DNA of 17,832 nt from Octopus sinensis (Eukaryota): the NCBI RefSeq assembly GCF_006345805.1, contig NW_021824729.1, forward strand, positions 1-17,832. Reading direction: 5' to 3'. Below, in pieces: positions 10,201-17,832 of the stretch (the first letter of the stretch is position 1; each line of letters starts with the position of its first letter). The notes beneath the pieces are model-generated. The model was given only the letters and a program-made list of their open reading frames with translations. It made no database searches and had not been told where the DNA came from. A program made the translations under genes and the position numbers.

Positions 10201-11532
10201 AAAGGTCGTTGGACAGACTGCAGGAAATGAGACTTCAACTCGACTTGTGCACACTTCCGGAACACATTAATCGTATATTCGAACTGAAGAACGTCCTCAG
10301 GTCTGTTTGTATTGACAAGTGCAGAGAGTTGGCAGGGGAGTGGAGGAAATTGGAGAGAGAGCATTACTTTCTGGTTCGTGAGCATGGCGGGCGGAGTGAA
10401 CTACTCACCAGACTGAGGGATCGAATCAAATCTACTCGAAAGGAGTTGTACAGCACAAGTCAAGAATTGTCACATATGTTGTGGTATCAGTCCTCCTGGT
10501 TGTATTCTTAGTTGCTATAATAAGAGGAGACATCACTTGCTAGCACACTCACTGACCCTCCCAGACCTCACTCCCCCACTTCACACCCTCGAGATATGTT
10601 TCAAGCATGCAGAGTGGACTATCACTCATGACGACAGTCAACTCAATGTCATTATCAGCAACTTTCTGTCATTTTCTGTCCTGGCATGATTAGATATAAC
10701 AAAATTGGGTCTGCAGACGACCCCAAGTCACATTTACTTCACTTGGGTTGGTTTAAGGTGTCGGATCTGCATCCCAACTCGTTTTACAGAGTTGTGTCTT
10801 CACTTATTCTGAAGGACGTGATTATTCCTACGGACGAGGAGAACCCATCTGCCCACAGTCCCTCAGTGCGGATATACTGTCGGGAGGGAGTCCCAGTTGG
10901 GGGAATATCCATGAAGGAACATTTGGAGATCAATGTAGCTCCCACATCCGCCTACCTCACCTATGACTTTTACTTGTTGGTGGTTCAATTCTTCTTCAGT
11001 CAGTCATCTGGTGTGTCGATGAGTTCATTTGTAGGGATATCCATAAAGAATAAGCGGAGTAAGGAGAGTGGGTCTACCGAATATCGGGACGACGTGACTA
11101 TCATGAAAGTACCCTCCCCACTCACCCCAGGACAGGGCAGCCTCCAACATGCAGTTTGTGTACGTCAATATCACTCAAGTTCCCTTTCTAATTAGTTTTA
11201 AGGTTGTTTTGTATCGATAATTTTGCAGAGTTTGGGGTAACAAGTTTTGGGAATTTACCAACTTTTCCATCACAATTCCAACATTGGAATACCACGATCG
11301 AATGTTCAGTTGGTTAGATCTGTTTATGTCTGTCAAGAATGACTATCAGAAGATGATTGTGACTCATGTGACTTAATTTTTCCTTAATCTATAGGCTATC
11401 AAACAACGACTCAAAATCAACAGAAAGGGGAGTCCCCGTGTTTCTCATCCCCAAAAGCAAGAAGACAAGGCGAGAAGGCTTCTTGGACTCGATGGAAATA
11501 AAAAAAAGAAAAATTTTTTTAAAAAGAAGTGA
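7272..11532 (+). pseudogene. BLTP2: Bridge-like lipid transfer protein 2 (KIAA0100/Hobbit/Fmp27), C-terminal part through the native stop; 5'-truncated and frameshifted
   Basis: Collinear matches: FPFNYNF; HFSVVFEDDPFE; MDELYATVEQRN; PLKYFYD; SPKLSWFD..R..LHGNW; TNDPYNSTE..EWSW; TASNYDD; HDTFRAFRS; ERIVSRC.C..FY.SY; MIIDIVNNLLL; HLLHLGWF; PVGGISMKEHLEINVAP; DD...MK|DRAA.N..FVY..I.QVPF.ISFK; LEYHD..FSWLDL; EDKAR.LLG; stop TGA at 11530-11532. Many 21-27 nt introns; frameshifts at ~7590 and ~11237, among others. Confidence 0.93.
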
Positions 11533-12688
11533 GTATTAACGAGTGAAATGAAATTATTTATTGTCCTTGCCCATTGGACGACCAGAATATTCATGTATGT
11601 TACATGCATACAGTATGTATGATAACATGTTAAAAAGAGACCTTAGATAAGACTTCTGTTTTAAATCAAGTTGGTTATCATTCCTACCTTGGAATATATC
11701 GTGGATTTGAGAATTTCTTACGATTTGGAATTAAAAGACATTAAATATAATGTGGCACGTTCTACAAATTCTAATAGGGATGTGTCATCATTCAAAACCT
11801 AAAGAAAAATGCGTTTCACGCAGGGTTTAGTAATGCAACGTAGAACATTAAAAATGCCTTTCGATTCCGTCAGTTTTATTCCGCATATTCCCGTGTTTGA
11901 AAGTCTCACAATGAAGATGAGTTTTTTAACAAATATTATTGTCCAACGTGTTTTCTTTACAGAATAATTTGTGAAATCATGGATGATGACACAAATCTTT
12001 CACAATGGCATATGAGTAACTAATTACTTTAATTAGTGAGATTCGAATGAAGAACTTGAAATATCTAAGTTGGCTTTAGGCATTGGCAGGATTCATAATA
12101 ATTTGAGGATCAGTTCATAATAATTTGATAAAAGCAGAGACTTCAATGGATAAGGTTTTTTGCTCTTTGAACAAATCCATCTCCGCGTTGTCTAAATCTC
12201 TTTGTTGTCTTGTAATACAGTCTTGTTCAGGTTTATAAGTCTACCTGCCATTTTTAGAGAAAAAGCGGCTTCATGAAACATTTCCTTTTTAGAGAACATA
12301 CCCGTAGTTAATATCAAATCACAGGATAGGTTTTTAGTATGGTTCAATCACCAGTCCATCTCTTTTTTCTGTCTTGGATTGGCAGCGTGTGGGAGCTAGG
12401 ACAATGATTCGATATTTTTTTAATTGAAAAAGACACTAAATGTATTGATTTGTATTTATTTGAAAGGAGTTGACTGAACATTGTCGCTATCTGCACATCC
12501 CAATAGGAAATTACCCCCGGACGTGTATTCCTTTGGGTGTAATCTCTTATTATGAAAAATGGATGATGGATGATGACCATAGAAATCGAAAACAGTTTTT
12601 GGGAAAATCAGATGGCAAAGGATGAGGAATCAAAACTATCCTCAAGATATAAAATAGTGTTAAAATTCACGTATGTATATAATATGCT

Positions 12689-12830
12689 TCTGACTCCAGT
12701 TTTGCATGCAAAAACGTTCATAAAACATCAAAATTGATATATAACAATATTTTTAATTTATTAATTTATTTATTTTCTTATTTACATTGTAAGTCTGACA
12801 TCTTAAGTTAGATCGTACATAGTTCCTTAG
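12689..12830. repeat. ~140-bp direct repeat, copy 1
   Basis: TCTGACTCCAG...GATCGTACATAGTTCCTTAG, nearly identical to 13183-13320 (a few substitutions and a ~4-nt length difference). Contains the 14-bp palindrome TTTTGCATGCAAAA (12700-12713). Confidence 0.95.
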
Positions 12831-13182
12831 TTTGAGATAGTAAAATGGTTTAGAGGAGGTTGAACAAGTTAATAATAGACGATCAAAGGAGGCAGTTGTC
12901 CTGGAAAAATCAGGTCGATTGGTTGCACACAAGTGGAGATCTCGGGAGGTGTTTTGTCGGAAAATAAAGACTCATTTTTAGTTAGAAATATCTAAAGTTC
13001 AGACAGTTCAGCTTTTCAAATTTGTTAATTGACTGATTTATAACATTTTAGGGAATTTTTTAATGTATTCTAGAGATTTTATCAATAAACTGAATAATTC
13101 CAGGCCTCTTCTAGAAGGGTCCTTATGGATAGCGATTAGCATACATTGTAGTAGCCTATAAAGAAACTAAGGTCTAGGAACG

Positions 13183-13320
13183 TCTGACTCCAGTTCTGCA
13201 TGCAAAAACGTTTATTAAACATCAAAATTGATATATAACAATATTTTTTATTAATTTATTTATTTTCTTATTTACATTGTAAGTCTGACATCTTAAGTTA
13301 GATCGTACATAGTTCCTTAG
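13183..13320. repeat. ~140-bp direct repeat, copy 2
   Basis: See copy 1; the copies are separated by a 352-bp spacer. Confidence 0.95.
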
Positions 13321-13696
13321 GTTCGTTGCAGAAACATTGATATAAATGCTTTACGTTCAGTTAATAATCAATTTGCGCATTGTGTATCTATAATTTCTAG
13401 AACACCGTATTTTGAATCACATTTTTAATATGGATTCAACAGAAATTTTTTTTAATAAGGTTTAACATTTTTTCTAGCAGTTTTAAAATAACTGTCCATG
13501 TTTACTTTAAACATATAAATGATTTTAATATTATATAAAGATTATAATCTTAAAAATGTGGTTTATCAATATTGTTTGATTTAATGTTATTGTAAATGAA
13601 TTTAGTATATCGTATATCAGTTTTAAATTATTAATTTGCTTGCACAATATTTGCTATAAAGTTGATATTATTTTTTATATAAATATTAAGAACTTT

Positions 13697-14747
13697 ATGA
13701 ACTCATGCTCGCTTTGTACCTGCCAGAAATTCGTATGTAAATCTACTTGGAATCGTAAATGTGATTCTTGCCATCATTTCTTGATCTGTCATGGTTTGAC
13801 TTATATGCTAAAGTTGACTTTGTAGTAAAATCTAACGAACGTCAATTATCTCAAATCTATATCGGAATTTTTAAAGCTATTTATATAAAAACTATCAAAT
13901 TCCAACGTCATTACAACAATTTGTTCAATTGGTTGCCATACTTCTTCCAGGAAATCAACTCGGCGAAAAGCTCAATATTTTGGGTTGGAGTTTGGAGAAT
14001 TTTAATAGATATTCTAAAGTTATTCAATGTTATAATCATTTTAGAATATTGAAGGAGTTGAAAACGAGCAAAGCAAAATATCAAAAGAAGAAGAAAACTT
14101 TATTTTATTAAAAATTCAAAAACTTATATAGATCATAGCCAAGCATATACCTCAAAACAGTACAGACTAAATGATTCCAGGAATACCCACATGCAACGTT
14201 CAACGTTGAAAATTTATATCAAAATAATTCTCCAATTTTAGGAATGTTTATGTACTCTGTCTTTCAATACCAATATGAGCTTTATATGCGTCAAGTTTAT
14301 GAAAATTTCACCAAGCAGATGCAAAATTTTGTAATACAGAAAGCATTTTCACAAGAGCAGTTAATCAATAGCTACGCAGAAAATAGTGAGCATAAATACA
14401 CTCGTTCAAATATACATATACATGCCAATCGGTTACTCCGGAAATAAGAAAAAATATAAAACAAAGAAAATTTTTCATTCCAACAAAATTTTTATGGAGG
14501 TATCATAACTGAACGAAACGGAAAGAAACGAGTTCTCTGTAGCAAATGTGGAAAGACATTTTACGACCGAGGAGCCTTAAAAATACATGTGAGTGCAGTC
14601 CATTTGTGTGAATCTCATTACTGTACTGTACCTGGCTGCAAAATGAGCTTTTCTTCCAGAAGAAGTCGGAATAGACACAGTGCTAATAAAAATCCTAAAT
14701 TGCATTGTTCAACGCGTTTTTTAAGGAAAAAGTCAGAACCCCCCTAA
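13697..14747 (+). pseudogene. BNC: Basonuclin/disconnected-family zinc-finger gene (compact); frameshifted as assembled
   Basis: N-terminal Cys domain CSLCTCQKF...RKCDSCHH; LFNWL...LNILGWSLENF (aligns with LLDRL...LHALDWTLQDY, 1-nt frameshift at ~13968); ISKEEE. Intact C2H2 pair at 14520-14705, not in the ORF track: [61 protein letters not shown]. Stop at 14745-14747. Introns at 13794-13825 and 14019-14044. Could be a live gene with assembly indels. Confidence 0.85.
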
Positions 14748-15280
14748 GGGATATCACCAAAATGATTTCAAAATCAGATTTATCATATCAAAAAATGTGA
14801 TTGTCTATATTTCTAACATTTCATTCAAATTAAGTGAATTTGTTTTCTTATTTTTACTATCGAAAAATTATTTGTTTTGATCTAATTACCACTTTAAAAA
14901 GGTTCAAAGGGATTAGATTTCGCTATCTCAAAGACCTCACTTCTCGATTTCTACCAACCGTTGTACAATTTCTAATTTCTAAATTTGGAAATTTAGTTCT
15001 AGGAAAATCTGAAGTTAGAAAATTTCAAATTTTTCACGCTTTGCAAAAATATTTGGTTATCATGCGATCTATAAAGTTTGCGTCTCTCTCAATGTCTGTT
15101 CCACTTAATTAACATAACAATTTCCCATTAGAAATACGAAAGACAGGACAAGTAACATTTCGTGATTCCAACACGTAGGAGAAGACTCCTCGTTTTGACT
15201 CGATTTTCCTCACGAGTACCCACGCAAGCGCGCAGTGGTTGTGCCTCAGATGATGCCTCCTTTAGTGGATTACAAATCAA

Positions 15281-16035
15281 ATGGATAACGGCGCTGAAAT
15301 CACATCCGTGAAAAACAACGAGCCTCCTTGGTTCAACACTTTTGATGACTACTCAAAAACTCAAAGGGATTAATGGGATTTAAGATATCCTTGATAATTA
15401 AACCTTGGAGACTGTCTTGACTTTTATTTTGCTTGTAAATTTTGAATTTTATTTTGAATTATCAAATCACCGAACCAATTGTTTTTTACAACCATGTTAA
15501 ATCTCTTTATCATCGGTTTTTTATTCGCGAGAATATTTCTTGTCTTTCTCCTGAAATGGCTAGTCGGATATATCTAAGTGTCAATATGAAGGACGAATCT
15601 GTTGAATTTAAGAAATTATTCAAAGAAGCTAAATCTGAGACTTACGTTTTTTTGAAGAACAATTATTTCCGGATTTTCCTTTTATCTCCTGAATATCTCG
15701 AATTTTTAAACAATACTGACGTTTTCAAGCCCGAACTGAAAGCTTACAGCCATTAAAGTTGTTTAAACTTCTCTAAATCGAAAAATATGTGGAAACATCC
15801 AAGTCAGCAAATAGTTAATACTTATTTAATCTTATTTTTTAGGTAAATAGACCTCGATATCACCCAAGTTCGGCTCTCAGTGATTCAAGGACTTTTGGGA
15901 ATGAACTTTCTTCCAGAATCGAGAATAAGAGTAGTAATAGAACTCAGATGGTTGTTATTTAATAGTTCGATAATAAAACAGGGCAATGAGAAGTCCTTCG
16001 ATCTCTCTCATATTCAACCTGATGATATTCTAGAG
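15281..16035 (+). pseudogene. RGS-domain protein, Axin-like; frameshifted and interrupted by a hAT insertion
   Basis: PPWFNTFDD/LLKNSKG..GFK..L/LGDCLDFYFAC (Axin-type DF.FAC at 15419-15436), then KSLYHRFF...LFKEAK.E....LKNNYFRIFL.S.EYLEF (15442-15756). Later putative exons continue to ...QPDDILE, which ends exactly at the hAT TIR. No DIX domain or GSK3-binding site seen in the window, so Axin identity is tentative. Confidence 0.7.
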
Positions 16036-16052
16036 CAGTGGTTCTCAACGGT

Positions 16053-16119
16053 GGGCGATTCGCCCCCTAGGGGCGATTTTTTTTGGTAGGGGGGCGATTT
16101 TTTCTGCCAGGGGGGCGAT
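16053..16119 (+). repeat. Subterminal GGGCGAT repeats of the Buster-type hAT (probable transposase-binding sites)
   Basis: Four direct copies at 16053, 16071, 16092 and 16113, plus an inverted TCGCCC at 16060-16065; a GC-rich patch in AT-rich DNA. Confidence 0.8.
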
Positions 16120-16614
16120 GGCTGATTGCTAATATTTGAAAAATTAAAATCTTATGTTAGAAGTCGATAATCTTTGAAAAAATAAAGATATATAATCGAG
16201 TCTAATAATATTTATTAATAATATGATATTTTTATTATATTTTATTTAAATTTCTAAGCGTGATTTCTAGTTATCTTTATGGGTCGTGTTCAAAAAAAAG
16301 TCAGAATGTATAAAGATGAATATATTTCTCTTGGATTTATTAAAGATCCTCAAGATCCTAATAAACCACTTTGTCTTTGGTACAATTTTTTCGAATGAGG
16401 CAATGAAACCGTCTCGTTTGATTGAACATTTAAAGCGAAAACATCATAATTCAATTGGAAAAAAGCCAGACTTTTTTCTGGAATTGAAAAAGAATTTTGA
16501 AAATAAAAACACCTTACCGTCAATCTTTAATAAAAATATATCTCAAAATGTCTCTGGATTATCTTATTCATATAAAGTTGCAGAGATAATCGCAAAAACT
16601 GGTTGCATTATTAT

Positions 16615-17460
16615 TAGGGCAACCAAAAAATTGCACTTTTTAATAAAAAAAATTGCAAAAATGAATTTTAAAAATTGTAAAAAATTGCAAAAATAATTTT
16701 TTTTAATTGTAAACATTACATTATGCAAAAAATTAACGAAATTATTTATTGTAATAGGAAATCAAATATTCCTGAACATTTTCAGGTTTAAAGTTCCTCT
16801 CTTTACTAAGAATTTTCGTCAAAAGAGATATTGCCCTTTCGATAGATGCTGAACTTGCGCTACATTTTCTGAGATGTGAATAAACTTCTGGCGATAGATT
16901 CTTATTTGAGAATTCAAGAATACTTAGTATTCCTGATTTCTCAAGCTTTTTTGATATATAGGATTTTATGTCGCATGGATCTGATGTAAAGTCTAGGGTG
17001 TTTAGATCACCATAAGCTGTTGCAATGGAGTAATCAATAGGGCAACCAAAAAATTGCACTTTTTAATAAAAAAAATTGCAAAAATGAATTTTAAAAATTG
17101 TAAAAAATTGCAAAAATAATTTTTTTTAATTGTAAACATTACATTATGCAAAAAATTAACGAAATTATTTATTGTAATAGGAAATCAAATATTCCTGAAC
17201 ATTTTCAGGTTTAAAGTTCCTCTCTTTACTAAGAATTTTCGTCAAAAGAGATATTGCCCTTTCGATAGATGCTGAACTTGCGCTACATTTTCTGAGATGT
17301 GAATAAACTTCTGGCGATAGATTCTTATTTGAGAATTCAAGAATACTTAGTATTCCTGATTTCTCAAGCTTTTTTGATATATAGGATTTTATGTCGCATG
17401 GATCTGATGTAAAGTCTAGGGTGTTTAGATCACCATAAGCTGTTGCAATGGAGTAATCAA
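16615..17460. repeat. Exact tandem duplication, 2 x 423 bp (16615-17037 and 17038-17460)
   Basis: The two copies are identical by eye, including homopolymer lengths; each starts at a TIR. Confidence 0.97.
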
Positions 17461-17550
17461 GCAATTCAGTATTTGAAATCATTTCAATTAATCCCAAATA
17501 ATTTGAACTGATTTGGGTTAAGCTTGGAAACAACGTAGGATTATTCACTG
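17165..17550 (-). pseudogene. hAT transposase C-terminal (dimerisation) fragment; last ~98 codons repeated at 16742-17037
   Basis: LDF..DPC.I..YI.K....LSP.VY..L....SSASIERAISLL.KIL.KERNFKPENV..YLI.YYN matches the hAT T/SSASVERSFS dimerisation motif. No start codon or catalytic core retained. Confidence 0.85.
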
Positions 17551-17832
17551 ATTTTTTTTGCCTAAAATAAAAATTTTTTTTTAATTTAAAAAAATTGCAA
17601 AAAATTGTAAAATGACTACAAAAAATTGCAAAAAATTGCAAATTTAAATCGAATAAAAATATAATTAAAATTAATGTCTATTCATTACTTTATTATTTAT
17701 CGAATTTTAATTAAATTATATTTAATTGCAAAAAATTGCAATTGGTTGCCCTAATTATTATTTTAATTTATAGGTAATGCCCATTCGATTGCAGAAAATG
17801 TCATCCGTCCTTGTTTAAATTTATTTATAAAC

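Larger units (their letters stand above)
16615..17753 (-). mobile_element. Non-autonomous hAT deletion derivative (TAGGG-ended, Ac-group-like target) with a duplicated 3' end
   Basis: 12-bp TIRs TAGGGCAACCAA (16615, and again at 17038) and TTGGTTGCCCTA (17742-17753). Perfect 8-bp TSD ATTATTAT (16607-16614 and 17754-17761). AAAAATTGCA repeats at both ends. Encodes a hAT C-terminal dimerisation segment on the minus strand. Confidence 0.93.
16036..17832 (+). mobile_element. hAT transposon of the Buster/Charlie (ZBED5/SCAND3-like) group: left end and 5' part of the transposase
   Basis: TIR CAGTGGTTCTCAAC (16036-16049) preceded by TTCTAGAG (16028-16035; fits the nnnTAnnn Buster target). ATG at 16279: MGRVQKKVRMYKDEYISLGF...PLCL/GTIFSNEAMKPSRL.EHLK.KH (BED finger)...SYKVAEIIAKTG|NAHSIAENVIRPCL. 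Runs off the right edge of the window. Confidence 0.9.

Noticed and set aside
4828-10385. Minus-strand ORFs opposite RPC1 and BLTP2 (e.g. 6488-7012, 9485-10123)
   Set aside because: Antisense shadows of GC-rich coding sequence; no recognisable motifs.
4836-11532. Processed (retro)pseudogenes made by the neighbouring LINEs
   Set aside because: The fragments retain many introns and have no poly(A) or (TAA)n tail or TSD.
12372-12410. KKYRIIVLAPTRC as DEAD-box helicase motif Ia
   Set aside because: No Walker A, DEAD or other helicase motif found nearby; too short to call.
12689-13320. TRIM/LTR element or Helitron
   Set aside because: No TG..CA ends, primer-binding site or polypurine tract. The 3' end is CTTAG rather than CTRR, and there is no clear GC-rich terminal hairpin.
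14834-15112. 92-aa plus-strand ORF upstream of the RGS domain
   Set aside because: No recognisable motif, alternative start codon, AT-rich; cannot be linked to the Axin-like gene.
16742-17641. N-terminal parts of ORFs 16742-17059 and 17165-17641 (MQFFG.., MQFFAIF..)
   Set aside because: Read-through of TIR and TGCAATTTTT subterminal repeats; only the C-terminal hAT segment is real coding sequence.
1-17832. Stop-codon reassignment or RNA editing as the explanation for broken frames
   Set aside because: The lesions are mostly frameshifts and multi-base deletions of conserved residues. In-frame stops are of mixed type, and normal TAA/TGA stops end BLTP2, BNC and the hAT fragment.
1-17832. All defects being sequencing error
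   Set aside because: Some single-base homopolymer shifts (~7590, ~11237, ~13968, ~15441) may be errors, but 5-12 nt and ~100 nt deletions, gene truncations and TE insertions with TSDs are not typical errors. Not fully excluded without reads.
1-17832. tRNA, rRNA, CRISPR array or telomeric repeats
   Set aside because: None recognised on either strand by eye; a covariance-model scan was not run.

Overview
Eukaryotic (animal) DNA with very small spliceosomal introns (mostly 21-32 nt, GT..AG). Metazoan-type genes (basonuclin/disconnected, Axin-like RGS) plus micro-introns suggest a highly derived invertebrate parasite such as a dicyemid, orthonectid or myxozoan; this is inference and cannot be resolved from the window. 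Nearly everything recognisable is broken. From 1 to ~4620, all on the minus strand: a glycogen phosphorylase fragment, a decayed APE/RT LINE with a (TAA)7 tail, a USP deubiquitinase fragment, a Tc1-like DDE remnant and a second RT remnant. From 4836 to 11532, all on the plus strand and butted directly together: the N-terminal half of RNA polymerase III largest subunit (POLR3A/RPC1, catalytic NADFDGD motif destroyed), an internal piece of DNA polymerase epsilon (POLE) and the C-terminal part of the lipid-transfer protein BLTP2/KIAA0100/Hobbit. These are followed by a 140-bp direct repeat pair, a compact basonuclin-like gene and an Axin-like RGS gene interrupted by a Buster-type hAT transposon. 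A second, non-autonomous hAT element sits inside a 25-nt intron of that transposase and carries an exact 423-bp terminal duplication. The fragments keep their introns and are riddled with 5-12 nt deletions, so the window reads as a DNA-level gene graveyard. Homology calls come from motif recognition against remembered protein sequences, not from database searches.
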